Assembly (NCBI RefSeq): GCF_009914755.1
Contig: NC_060927.1
Origin: the human T2T-CHM13v2.0 reference genome, Homo sapiens
Length of the DNA: 64,000 nucleotides
Direction: 5' to 3' (one strand)
The notes under the pieces were generated by a model. That model saw only the letters and a list, made by a program, of their open reading frames with translations, did no database searches and was not told the DNA's origin. The position numbers were made by a program, and so were the translations under genes. Below, one piece after another: positions 33,821-48,076 of the stretch (position 1 is its first letter; the number at the start of each line of letters is the position of its first letter).

Positions 33821-36800
33821 CTATTTCTATTCCCTGTTTTTATACATAAGAAAATTATGACCCAAACAGATTGAATGGCTTAATCAAGTTCACATTGCTG
33901 GATTTCCAAATGTTTCTTGCTTTTTGGTTTATCAAGGTATTCCCATAGTATGAAGAAAGAAAGGTTCATGCTGACAGAGCTATTATTGTTTCCTCCTTTT
34001 CTAACCTTTTATAGCACTATTGCATTATTTCTGAGAGTTAACCACTTTTTTTGTGCATTATATACAACTGTTAATACTCGTATCTCTCTGTTCTCATTCA
34101 GTGATTTTCCCTATAAGCATATTGGTTCTCTTCACTGTCAGATTAATTTTTCAGCCCTGTGTGTACCCTGATCGAGGAACTTTTTAAGGAATATGTGTAA
34201 GGTGAGATGACTCATTTATTCTTTTCTTCCCATGAACAGTTTGTATTTATTTCTGATAGTTGATCTTAAAATATCTGTGTGGTTGAAGACAAAGAAAAAC
34301 AGTGACCAGGTTATAAAACTAATTGTTGTTAAACTTGTGTTTAGTCCTACTAAATAAAAAATTCTATTAAATGAAACCCTCAAAAGTCAGCCTTCTATAG
34401 TGAATCACTAGTGACAAACCATTATTCTTACTATCACAGAAACAGGTGAATGTACAGATGAGGCAATTACATTATTTAGGGGCAGTTATGCTTATATTTA
34501 ACAAGTTGATTTTCCTTTGTGTAGAAAGAAATACTAGAAACATAGAAGAGTTGTTTTTAGGGTCCTAAGTGAGTCTGTAGTTGATTAATTCGAGGGGTAT
34601 GACATTTAGTTACCATGCCCTTATGATGAGGTCTGAACAAGTGCCTAAAAGCAATTTATCTTTCAAAAACAGCACCTGTGTTTCAGAATAGAGAAAAATA
34701 AATAGCTTGGTCATTGGCTTAAACAATTCCTTTATCTTTTGATGTTTGTTCTATTTAATTCTTCTCAGTAAGTCTTTAGAGACATATACAGAATCACTCT
34801 TTTGATTTGCACACAATGTATGAAGAATGTGAAAGTGAATTCCATAATCATAATACATTTGAAGTTGTAATTTTATTTTGTAGTGTATTTATAATATGCT
34901 TTTAATGAAGGGTAAAACATTTCAAACAAACATCTTTCAGGAAGGTATATGCTTTCAAATCCTAAATCTGATACCGTTATATCTTTTCATATTCAACAAG
35001 TGGCTCCCTTCTGCAGGGCCTGCCCTCATCTCTATTTGAGCTTTTCTTGAGGGGCTTAGCTATTTCTTCCTTCACTGACTTTTACCTACGTATGTATGCG
35101 TATGTTACAGAGACTATGTGAGTCCTGTGCACACAAAGCCAATATTCAGCTAAGTATGTAGTTCTTGATAAATGGGCAAGAAAATGAGCAATTTTGCCCT
35201 GGACCACAAATGACTGATTAGCTTTGGAATTTTGAAGTTGAAAGGGTAGCTTATTAGCGTAATGTTGTGCATAAAGAAATTTGGTTGATGTCACTCGAAA
35301 ACTTTCAACGTAATATACCATTTGGGGCAGGTTTATGTATATTATGGCATAGTACTTACTTTTTAATATCTTTCCCATAGTATAAATGAAAGGTAATGCA
35401 TTATGTCTATAATGCTTACTAATTTAAAAACTAAACTGCATATTTCTGAAACAAATATAATAATTTTTCATTTTGTTGATTAAAATACAATATTATTTAA
35501 TAACACCATTAAAGCATGATTTTCATTATTTATCATTTTTTGACTTTCTTTGAAGTCACTACTTAGATATTTAGTAGGTATTTTTGCCTTTTTGAGAAAG
35601 GGCAAAGAATTGGTCTTTAATTGGAGTATATAAGAGCACTTTATTTCTCCTGTTTTAGAGAAAACCTGGGTCATACATTTTTGTCATAATTCATAACAAA
35701 ATGTGAAAATTTTTTAAAAGCTCATTTATAAGCCAGTATGATTTCTGCATAGATTTATGATATGTTTATGCTTACAAAATTTATCCTTAATTTTCCTGGT
35801 ATTTTCCCCATTCAAAAAAACAGGAGTGGAATAAAATGTTCAAACATTTGCATCATGGTTCACGGTTACCTTTTCAGGCTGTATCTTTCTTTATTCTCAA
35901 CCACTACCTTTGCCAAGGTTTTGACTTATTCCAAATTTATTGGTAAAGAAGTCAGTTGGGGGAGTGGGAAAGGGTTATAAATAATTACATTTATCACTTC
36001 AACAGCTTCGTCTATGTTTACTAAGGAATTTGTCAAAGAGAAAGATGGAGGTGAATTACAACAGATTTTGAAAGCTGTAGCCTATATCCAGCATGTCATT
36101 GCATTACATATTTTACAGTCACCTTGGCTTCAGGTGAGATCTGTCAGCTTGTAAAGCTAAATGAGAGTCTTCCTAGTAGAACCTCTTTGGGGCCAGTTAA
36201 ATAATTTCCAGTTACCCTGGGTAAAGAATCAGTTCATTCAACCTCTTTTCACTTTCAGAAGGGATTTTGGGTCTATATTTTGCCGTACCTTTCACACACC
36301 ACTCCAGAAGAGCCTGTTATGGCATGATATTCTTTTGTGTGACTAGTAAAGTCTAGGGAGTAACAACTTTTACTTCCTATAGATTCTGCACATATTATTA
36401 TTATCCCTTAGTGGTCAGATTCTGTTTCTCATGATTACATGTTGTTTACTGTATGTGGTCAAATCCTGCTTCTGACTTATTCCATAGATCATAAAGAGTA
36501 AAGAAAGCATTTACAGTGTATACAAAACAGTTCAGGCAATCTTTCTAAAAAGTTGCTTAAGTATATTGACTATAATGTTCCAGTCTTAAAATCTTTACCA
36601 ACATTACCCTAACCTTCTCACTGTAGTCTATGTGAGTGGTGGGAAGAAAACAGTGAGTAGGAAAAGTAGGATCTGCTGGATGATTATTGATTCTTTCACT
36701 ATTCCCTGTAGCTAAGATACTTTTTTGAGTTTGGTGTTTTCTGAACCTAATCATCTCTTTCTGTTCTGCAATGACAAAATGCATTCTTCCCATCAAGTTC

Positions 36801-37955
36801 CTGAAATGTTAACTAATCTTTGCTTGTGGCTCTCATTATTGTTTGAAAGCAGGAAAATAATAAAAGTGGGTATATGTGTTGGTGTAATGGAAAATGGAAT
36901 TGCTTGATTTTATTTTCCAAATGGACAAGACAAGAAATATAGAAAAACATAAACAAGACAAATATATATTGCAGAGTGGCTATGTGTACTATTAAGTTTA
37001 TGTTGTATGAGGTGTGAAGGCTCCAAATATCTGTAACTTTTCACTATGTTTTTCTCTCAAATAAAGTCCTTACATAAGCTTAAATATTGTGTATAACATT
37101 TTCTTGTCTCAGCAAATGTTTCATGACATTCAGGTTACTGGATCTGAGAGAAAACTAGCTGTGACATCTGTCAACACATTGATTTCCAGGGTTGATGCAG
37201 ATGGTCTGAGCTGATCTCCGGTCTCTTTTACCACACCATTTGTGTCCCTTCCAGACTTACATGCTCATTCAAAGTGAATGACCTTCTGAAAGAGGATCAG
37301 TCATGAAGGGCATTTAAAAGATATATTCCCTTTCTGTAACTTCTAGACTTGTTCATAATTTATTCAAAGATATAAATCTGTAGAACAAAATAGACAACCT
37401 TTGGTTGGGGTGAATCTTTTATTGAGAAGCAGTGTAGTGAATAGAGGCTTGACCTTGGGAGTCTGCAAACCTGCCTGAGTAGTTATTTGCTTTATGACTT
37501 TTCAGACTTAGTTTCTTCAACGAAGTGGATTAATACTATGTTAAAGGATTGTTTAAAAACGCTAAACACGTTCAATAAACCAACATTTTTGGGTACTGAC
37601 TATTGACCGTGCTCTATCCAGGCTTTGAGCAGTAAAGAGAGGAGTTTTAAATAACTAATAAGCAAATAATTAAAATAGTCATGCCCTCACGTTGATTACA
37701 TTAAAGTTCGGGGAAATAGGCAATAAACAAATACATTTGTAAAATATATACTATGCTTAATGTTAATAAATTCTATAAAAGCAAAAAATAGAAGGAAGTA
37801 CAAGATAAAATGCTGGAATGGGGCTTGTAATTTTAAGTATGTTGATAAGGAAAATTTTTATTCAGGGTTCATTTTGGGTGAAGACCTAAAGGAGGTGAGG
37901 ATAGGCAATAGATTTCAGGAGGAAGAACAATAACATTTAATGCTGACACCTGTTA

Positions 37956-38333
<378 letters not shown>

Positions 38334-39169
38334 TTATTGTTATAAATAATTTTGGTTTTTAAATGAGATTTTTTTGATATGAAATTTGTTATTTCACTTT
38401 GTGATCATGGAAATAGCATGTGACTGAGTTGATACTACCAGTATTTGGTTGCCGTTTTTTTGGCATTTGACATGTAAAAACATAATCCAGAGAACAAAAA
38501 AAAACAGTCTTAAAATCTTGTGTTCAGGAAGATAATTTGCTTGTTTCAGATACATTTATGTTTTTTCCGAAACTTAAAAATATAATTATTCCTTAAAAAT
38601 TGAATCAAAACTATTCTTTAAAAATGGATACAGAAACTGATAAAGCCTTTATGTTTTTACTAGAAGAGTCTTTAAAACACTTAAAGCTTTGTTTTACCTT
38701 ATTACTGGGAGAAAGCTAAAAATAGATGAGCCTGAAACATTGACTTTTATCCATCTTGAATTTCATGGAGCATCCAGAATGATGCATCTTTCCCTTCAAA
38801 TATTTATCCATCACTTCCAGACAAGTAGTGTATGAGGCAATAAATAACAGATAGCTAGAACAGGAGAAAACAGTTTTTTAATGCCTTGTGCTTAAACTGT
38901 CACTCTGCCAGGAAGTAATAACTGAATGCTGCATTATTTAAGGCAAGGTAATAGACTCCTTCCTTTTAGAGGCAAATTACTTTGGGATCTGCCACCTTAC
39001 TCTCAGAAGCCAGGGTTTCCTCAGTGAAAAACTGGAGTTGCTAGATTTGATGTGATGTGATTGACTACTGAATCTTAATGCTTTAGATACCAGAAAAGAG
39101 TTTGCTTTTCTTCTGTCCATGATTCATCATTAAATGAAGAGTCTTGCCAAGTACAGCTTTTCCATAGGG

Positions 39170-39410
39170 GAGTTAGTAGGGTGCATTCTAAGGAGCATAG
39201 ACTTGGAGCTAAGATGCTCTGCATTTGACTCTACTAACCAGTAAATTGTATGATTTTGGATAAATTATCTAATGTCCTTGAATAATTCATTTTGTTACCT
39301 GTAAAACAGAAGTAATAATACTAACTTTATTGAATTGCTCAGATGATTAAATTATGTAAAGATCTGGACCTTATTTTTTGGTGCCAACAAATACATATTT
39401 ATTACTTACG
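39170..39410 (+). mobile_element. MIR fragment
   Basis: aaggagcatagacttggagc...tgattttggataaattatctaat...cctgtaaaacagaagtaataatac...gattaaatta. Confidence 0.6.
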
Positions 39411-40742
39411 GATGAGTTAAAGATCTCAAGTTTGAAGCAAATATGTAAGTTTAGCTGTTGAGTTTTCAGAATAGATGTTGCAATTCCTATGGCTGTTATA
39501 TAAGGAACCTAGAAAATATTAATACCCTTTCCTGTTCCCTCTCTTCCTTTGACTTTTAAAAAATCATAAAGTTTGTGATCCAGAAGATCATATTCTACTT
39601 GAAGGCTATATATTAAGCTTCTACCTCCACAAATCTTTGTGTGTGAAATGTCTGTCCAATTTTAAAAATCATCTAGTAAATGTAAGAGAGCAGAGTTATA
39701 GATCAATACTATTGTGCACAGTCCTAGAGTTGGTTGACAGAGTTTGGGCCTATTTGAATGCCACTATTTTAAAAATGCAACTTCTACTCAGTTGAACAGT
39801 TGCATTTGATGTAAAAAAAAAATCGACTATTGAATATACCCTACTCTCAAATACACTTATTTACATATTATTGCAAATTTACTTGCTTTTGGATGGTAGT
39901 CATGACAGATCCCCATCATGACCTTAGAATATAAGACTTTCATGTTCTCTTTGTAGAGGTGTATATTATATGGTCTGTAGGATGATAGGCTAAAGTGGAC
40001 CAATGACTAGAAAATAAAATTAGTTGTTATGCTTCTTCACTTTTTAATTTCTTTATTTTGGATAGATACACAATAGATGTGTATTTTCATAAATGATTCA
40101 GTTTTACTTTTTAACTTTTTTACTCCTTATTAAAATAATTTTGTCATTTTTTGATGGGTTGTGAATTTAAATATGACAATGTTTATAATAGTGTTTCAAG
40201 TTGTTATAGATGTAAGCAGTGTTATTTTCTGTATTTATTGAGATTTTAATCACTGGAAAATTTTAATTAGTAGGATTTTTAAACAGATGTACTGTTTTGG
40301 GTTTCTCCTGTTAATACTATTTTGATATTTTAAACAATATTGACAAAAATGTGATCTTGCTTCAAATTGTTTTATGGTACACATTCCCAAACACACTAAT
40401 CTTTAAACATGTAAACATTTGAATGTTTGTATCTTAATTATTTTGTGTAGTGACCTTCTCATTTTAAGCCCAATGCTTGTTTCATTCCATGGCAGTCATC
40501 TTCATTTTGAACATCAGGTATATATTCATTGGCATCGTATAGAAATTGGAGTGTACTGACCATCTGTTATTAACCTAAGTGGCTAATTTTAGAGTACTTA
40601 ATCATTACATGGATTTCCAGCTCTAAAAGGTAAGGATTATATTTTTTTGTTCTCTGTAGCTTTGAAAGTGCCTTGATAATAGTTACTCAAATGTTTTTAA
40701 GTGCTATCTACTAACTTATTTTTACAGGTTATTAGCCATTAA

Positions 40743-41145
<403 letters not shown>

Positions 41146-41407
41146 TGATACTATTTTTTGCAATCTCTTTAGGAAGTCTTTACCTATTGATGACATTTTT
41201 ATATGTGATGTGAGAGATAGTCATAGAAGGATCTAGATAATACCCTCAGAATTCTATTGTCCTAAGTTTTTGTGATTTAATAGTTGAAAATTCAGATTTA
41301 TTTTACTGTCCATAATATTCATATCATGACTCAAAAATAGCCAGAAAAATATGGAAATGCAAGTGTTATTTTTTTTCCATGTTGAAGGCTGAACAAAATA
41401 CTCAAGT

Positions 41408-42805
41408 GACACCCCTCTCTTCAATAAATGCTTAAAACTGGATAACCATATGCACAGTAATGAAACTGGACCCCTATCTTTCACCACATACAAAAATCAA
41501 CTCGAGATGTATTAAGGACTGAAACATAATACCTGAAACTATAAAGCTACTAGAAGAAAACATAAGGAAAATTCTGAAGGACATTGGTCTACTCAAAGAT
41601 TTTATAGCTAAGACCTCAAAAAGTACAGGCAACAAAAAGAAAAGCTGACAAATGAGACTATATTAAACTAAACAGATTCTGCACAGTGAAAGAAACAATC
41701 TATAAAGTGGAAAGACAACCTATTGAGTGGGAGAAAATATCCCAAATATACAAGGAACTCAAACAACAGTAAAAATATACAAATAATACCATTAAAAACT
41801 GGCCAGTGGACATGAACAGATATTTCTCAGAAGAAAACATACAAATGGCCAACAAGTGTATGAAAAAATGCTCAACATCACTGTTCATCAGGGAAATGTA
41901 AATGAAAACCACAATGAGATATCATCTTACCCTAGTTAGAATGGCTAGTATTAAAAAGTCAGAAAAAGAACGGATGTTGGCAAGGATACAGAGAAAAGGG
42001 AACTCTCACACACTGTTGAAGCAGATATAAATTAGTACAGCCATTATGGCAAACAATATGGAGAGTTGTCAAAAAAATAAAAAAAACTAACTAAAAATAG
42101 AATGATCATGTGATCCAGAAATCCTACTACTAGGTATTTATCCAAAGGAAAATACATCAACATGTCAAAGACATACCTGCATTCCCATGTTTATTGCAGC
42201 ACTATGCACAACAGCAAGGATATGAACTCAACATAAGTTTCCAGCAATAAATGAATGGATAAACAAAATGTGGTATATATACACAATGGAATACTATTTG
42301 GCCATTAAAAAGAATGAAATCATGTTATTTGCAGCAACGTGGATAGAACTGGAAGTCATTATGTTAAATGAAATAAGCAAGGCACAGAAACATAAGTATC
42401 ACATGTTCTCATTAATATATGAGAGTGAAAAATGTTGATGTCATGGAGATAGAGAGTAGAATGATAGATACCAGACAGGGAAGGGTGTATTGTAGGTGGG
42501 AGTGGTGATAAGAAGAGATTGATTATGGGTAGAAGCATACAGTTAGATAGAAGGTATAAGTTCTAATGTTTTATAGCAGAGTAAGGTAACTATAGGTAAC
42601 AACAATGTATTGTATATTTCAAAATAACTAAAGGAGAGGACTTTAAATGTTCTCATCACATATAAATGATGAATACTTGGTTGATGGATATCCTAAATAT
42701 CCTCAATGAATACTTATGCATTTGATAAATTTAATAATATTTCACATGTACCCCATAAATATATACAAATATAATGAATGTATCAAAAGAAATTAAAAAT
42801 AAAAA
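41408..42805 (+). mobile_element. 5'-truncated L1MA (MA3/4-like) 3' end
   Basis: ORF2 C-terminal remnants and 3'UTR (catacagttagatagaagg...tcacatgtaccccataaatata), A-rich tail. Confidence 0.85.
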
Positions 42806-45800
42806 CTGCCCACTGGTTAGAAAAAAAATAAAACAGCAATAAAAGGATTTTTAGCCTAAATCATCAGAATGATGTACAAAATTCATAATGTTCACTGAAG
42901 AATATTTTTATTTGTGAACACTGTCCAAATATAGGAGAACAGTTAAATAATGGAAAGCATATCTATATATTGAACATTATGCAAGTTTTCAGGACATTTC
43001 ATGAGTTTAGGATAGAAGAAATATTCACAATATAATTCTATGTTAAAAATACAAAACGGTACATTTATTTTGATCCAATTTTCATTTATAGAAAAATACA
43101 CATGTATATCTGTATGTACATATTTGGGGATTTTATAAAGCCAAGTCTTGATTTCCTCTGCTAAAACTTTATTTTTTTTCAAGTCATGTTTACAGAAATA
43201 TGGCTTTGTTGCAATAACTTGGTGATTTATGAGTAGGGTGTCAGAAATAATCAAAATGGGTAATCTATCCTTGCATTTCTAAATATTCAAAGTGTTCATA
43301 TTTATTTAAAATAAAGAAATAAGTATCAATGAAATGCACCAATAGTAGCATTTTCAAATAATATCATAGTAATAGGCTGATGATTGAATTTCACACCTTC
43401 AAACAGACTGCCTTTTATTGCATGTAGATATAATTTAAATAAAAATATTTACTGTGTTTTTGCTTATTAAAATGCACAATATGAGCTTATTGTCTTATTG
43501 TAATCACAATGGCAAGATTTTAAGACTTCTCTGCATGGCCTTCATTCAGTAGGTAATTATGGAGAATCTAGTTTATATAGGCTTTTTGGTAGGCCATGGA
43601 GATAACAAAAAGACCAAGAAATGTTTTTGTGTTGTTAAGAAACAGAATTTAGTGAAGACCAATTTTACAATATAGTATTTCATTATTAATGTAATAGAGG
43701 CACACATAGGGAGATGTGGGACAAAGGACCCTAACTCTGGCTGGACTTTTTCATGGAAGGCTAAACAGATTGATGCATCTGAGGTGAAGCTGGAAATGTC
43801 AGTCAAGGATGAAGTAGAGGTAAACAGCCTTTTGCACATAGAAAATAGCATAACTAGAAGTATAACTATGGCATAGGAGATGTTGAAGAAGGAGGGTCAG
43901 GTTTTTTTTTAAAAAAAACTTGATAATATTATGTTAACACTATGAATATAATCAATTAAGAAGACTAAGATTTTCAGATGAGAGACATAATAAAGGCAAC
44001 TATAAAAATATGTTTTTGCATGCTGCATATTAACAGGATTCAGAAAAATTGGTGAAGGAATTTTTCCACATCAGTGAATTTTCCAATAAATACTTAGGGA
44101 GAGACACTTTAATGTATTCATTCTTGAGAAAAATGTTTTTCACTATTTTATAGCTTCATTAAACCATGTGTAAAGAACGTGTTTTTCCTCCTTTACTGCT
44201 TTGCTTCTTTAAGAGTTTTTGAGGTTGGTATAATTATCAAATATCTATTTTGCTGTCTGCTCCAACACAAGCATGTCTTTCTAGATGATTTGGAGAGCTA
44301 GAACTCTTTGCCCTTTCTTTTAATGGCCCTGGGTTGCTCTGACTTTTGGAATTCTTGTGATTGCTCTTTTTGTCATCTCTTGTCTCCCTCTGGGTAATGA
44401 GTTCTGTACCTGCTTCTAGTTAGCTCTTCTTTCAAGTAGCACCTTTGACTTACTCAACTTTTGAATTTTTGACAATTCCCGTGGCTAGTTAAGAATTTCT
44501 GTTATTTTCTGGTTGGCTTAATTAAAGTTGTGTGGTATCATGGTATACATTAATTCTAAATAACTTAAATGCTTTATACAAAAACTTTGTTCACCTGTAT
44601 GTTTATTTATTATTGAGTTCTTTCAATGTAATGGAAATTTCCATATCATAAAGTCAAAGAAAAATCAAACTAAGACCCAGGGGTGTATGGGAGCTGTTTG
44701 GCACCAGGTGGCTAGACCTCACTGTGGGTCTTTGCGCAACTTTGTGCAGAGTGCCTTTGTGTTTAGTGACATCACACTGGGAGTTTGAAATCAGATTTAG
44801 CAGTAGTAATTACATCGCTGCAAAAGCTACAAATTAGGGCTTCCTGACTGTCTTTCCTTTCCCCCTCCAGAAGTGGTGGTTAAACCTTTATCAGCACACA
44901 CCACTGGACTTGCCTTTCTGCGGGCTTTTTAAAACCCTGATTCTTAGGCTCAGCCTGCAGGGAGAAATGAACATTGCATACAGTCCAGTGATCTACAGCT
45001 GCTTTTGCTCATGTACCTCCGAAAAGAATTTTGAAAAAGTCTGTACCTTCTTGCATATTTTAAAAATCACACCTAAACTTTTTATTAATGTTTTATTGTT
45101 GCAAATGTAATTTCTGCTAAATCTTGTTAATATTGTCATTAACTGCATCCAGTGGGATATAAATATTATAATAATTTGATACCAACTACCACCTATATTA
45201 AATACTTAATCGAGTTTTTTTAAGCAACTCGAAAATTTGCGTCATTTTTTTCTGCTAGAACTCATGTTAGGCAACTGGTGTTTAGAAGTTCTGAAGTGTT
45301 TGTGCTTACTTTCCCTCCATTACCTCTCAGGCTGTGTTTTGTAACTTGTAACCTCCTCCCAAAGTTAGCTTGTTATTTGTAATGCTTTAAATCCACGTTA
45401 GGGGGAGGGAAGCTTGGTATATAATGATTTAGCCTAGAAATGCCAAAGTGCCTGCAGCGTTTCTCAATCATGGGTGCCCATCAGAATCACCTGAGCTGCA
45501 GCTCGGCTCCCAGACTAATGCTCTTAGCTCCTGCCCTTAACTGCTTCTCATGTAGGCAAATGTTTGCTGCAGGGAAGCCAGTGAGAAAACAGGGAATTAG
45601 TTCCTCTTTAGCTGTGCCTCAAAGGAGAGGTTTAAAGGGTGTCCAACCCTTAAAGGCTGTGTGATCCTAGGGAATCCTGGTAAAATGTGTCTGAAGAGCT
45701 AATCTCCAGCTGTCTATGATATCTTTAAACTGGCAAGCTCCCCAGATCAATTTTATAGAAGATTGATCAGTGTGTGTGTGTGGAAGGGAAAAATGGGAAA

Positions 45801-46250
45801 GAGTCCACCTCCACCCAGAGGAGCCTTATAGGATGGACTTCTGCCCTCCTCTCCTCTCTTAGCCTTGACAATGTGGGCCAGCAAGCCAGGCCAAGCCGGT
45901 AAGGTACTTGCCCCAGGGCTGCATTTAGGACCAGAACCCTCAGGAAGGCTTGGATAGAGCCAATCTGGCCAGGGTGTCTGGCCCTCGGGGCCTTTTTGCC
46001 TTTAGCTTTTCTGATGCCAGGGCCAGGCCTTTGCATCTGCATGAGCTGGATTTTGCCTGCGTGCTTGAGGCATAAAAAAGGCAATTGCTGGGCTGGCATT
46101 GCTTGCTGCTAGGGGCAGACTAAAAGCCTGGGATGATTTAGTTATAGGAGAGGGCACTCCATTGTTGAGAGCATGGACTCCGGTTTCAAATTCTGACTCT
46201 GCCATGAAAAAAAGTCACCTGAGGAGGAATTATTAAAAATGCCTGTTGTG

Positions 46251-46630
46251 CTCTTTCCCGGAAGCACCGAGGAAGGTAGCAGAGACCGTTCCTTCCCCCG
46301 GGCTGCACCCTCCCCTCCAGGCGAGGATGGGCGCCCCAAAGGCAAACCCAGGGGCTGGTGGGGCCAGAGCAGGTGACTTGGAGTTAATCAGAAGGGAGAT
46401 TGACCTGGGCGGGCCTGGCTTGCTCAGGTGCGCCCTTTAAGAGGCCGGAAGCTGCAGAGCCGCCCCGTCCTGCTGCCAAAGAAGCAAACGGCCAGGGTCT
46501 CCACAGCTGCAAGAGACGGATTCTGCCCACAACCACGTGCGCTCGGGGGAGGACCGCGGGCCTCGGTTGAGATCCCAGCCCTGGCTGACACCTTGAGTGC
46601 AGCCTGTGAGGCCCTGAGCGGAGGTTCAGC
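46251..46630. promoter_or_regulatory. CpG-rich, promoter-like 5' segment of the retrocopy
   Basis: About 20 CpGs in ~380 bp (counted by eye); ETS-type CCGGAAG at 46258 and 46445; GC box GGGCGG at 46407; CACGTG at 46534; activity not shown. Confidence 0.4.
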
Positions 46631-46678
46631 AGCTCCTGGACTCCTGCTACACAGAAGCCATGTGGTGACAAGTCCTAG

Positions 46679-46805
46679 GTTTGGTGATTTCACTAGAAGG
46701 ACTCACAGGACTTAGCCTGTCATCATACCATGGCTAAGATTTACTATGGTGAAAATCGATGCAGAATTAGCAACAGGAAAATGCATGAAGTCCAAAGGAA
46801 ACCAG
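46679..46805 (-). mobile_element. MER21 LTR fragment inside the retrocopy (likely exonised in the parent)
   Basis: gtttggtgatttcactagaaggactcacaggact...ggaaaccag aligns by eye with the MER21 copy at ~2352-2492; sharp ends. Confidence 0.7.
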
Positions 46806-47076
46806 CTGACAGAATCAAGGACACACACCGTGTTAACGATGCCCTCAAGGCTGCAAGGAGAAAGACAACTGGTGGAGTGACGCTGGGAATTCAACACGTC
46901 AATGTACCTGTCCCTGGTAAAGTAAGTTACTTGAGATCCTAAGAGTCAGTCTTCAGCTGCTGTCATGGAAAGTACTGGGAGTCAACTAGACATCAAAGAT
47001 GAGAGGCCAGGCCCCCAGCATAACTTCTTGTTTAAGCCAAATAGTGACTTTCTCAAGGAAATCCTTTTTTCAGAAA

Positions 47077-47371
47077 TTTTTTTTTGTAGAGACAGGGTCT
47101 TGTTCTGTCACCCAGGGTGGATTGCAGTGGTTACAGTCATGGCTCACTGCAGCCTCAACCTCCCGGGCTCAAGTGATCCTCCCACCTCAGGCTCCTGAGG
47201 AGGTGAGACCACAAGCATGGGCCACTACGCCCAGCTGACTTTTAAATTTCTTTTTTAGAGACAAGGTTTCACCATGTTGGCCAGGCTGGTCTCAAACTCC
47301 TGGGCTGAAGCAATCCTCCTGCCTTGGCCTCCCAAAGTGCTAGGATTACAGGCATGAGCCACTGCCGGGCC
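47077..47371 (-). mobile_element. AluJ inside the 3' part of the retrocopy
   Basis: gagacagggtcttg...tcatggctcactgcagcctcaacctcccgggctcaag (J-type). Confidence 0.92.
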
Positions 47372-47533
47372 AACTTGGATTTGTTTCTGTTTTACAGGAC
47401 ATGGCCCTTAATATTCACATGAATGACAGTGAGACACACAATGCTTTCTAAAGACTGGTATTACATTCTGTTTATGTGAAGGAAACGCATTTTCAATAAA
47501 ATTAATTATTGTAAAAAAAAAATGCATGTTGTT

Positions 47534-47859
<326 letters not shown>

Positions 47860-48076
47860 CTATCCCACAATCTAGGCTCTCTAAATCAGGATCACCTGCA
47901 CAGTGTACACTACTAGCTCCTTGTGTTTCCTCTTTCTCTTCCTTGGGCTAATAAGAACCATTGTCAGAGAACTCTTGCAGTCTTGGTTGCTTGTTTCAAG
48001 TAAAAACATTAATATTGTGTGACTTTAGACTAAAAGTAATATCAGTGCCATGAAAAAAAACATACATATATATATG

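Larger units (their letters stand above)
46250..47522 (+). pseudogene. Full-length processed retrocopy of an unidentified, probably non-coding 5'TOP-like transcript
   Basis: TT|AAAA endonuclease site; TSD aaaaatgc(c/a)tgttgt at 46235-46249 and 47518-47532; starts g+ctctttcc; GC/CpG-rich 5' part; AATAAA at 47495-47500; poly-A at 47513-47522; no long ORF. Confidence 0.85.

Noticed and set aside
44698-44717. CTCF-like motif ttggcaccaggtggctag
   Set aside because: It deviates at a core position; a single imperfect motif is not enough without ChIP data
45767-46942. Cluster of overlapping 60-110 aa ORFs as a coding gene
   Set aside because: Expected from locally high GC; present on both strands with no recognisable domain; better explained by the non-coding retrocopy
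46250-47522. Naming a specific SNHG gene as the retrocopy parent
   Set aside because: I do not recognise the sequence with certainty; this needs a nucleotide search
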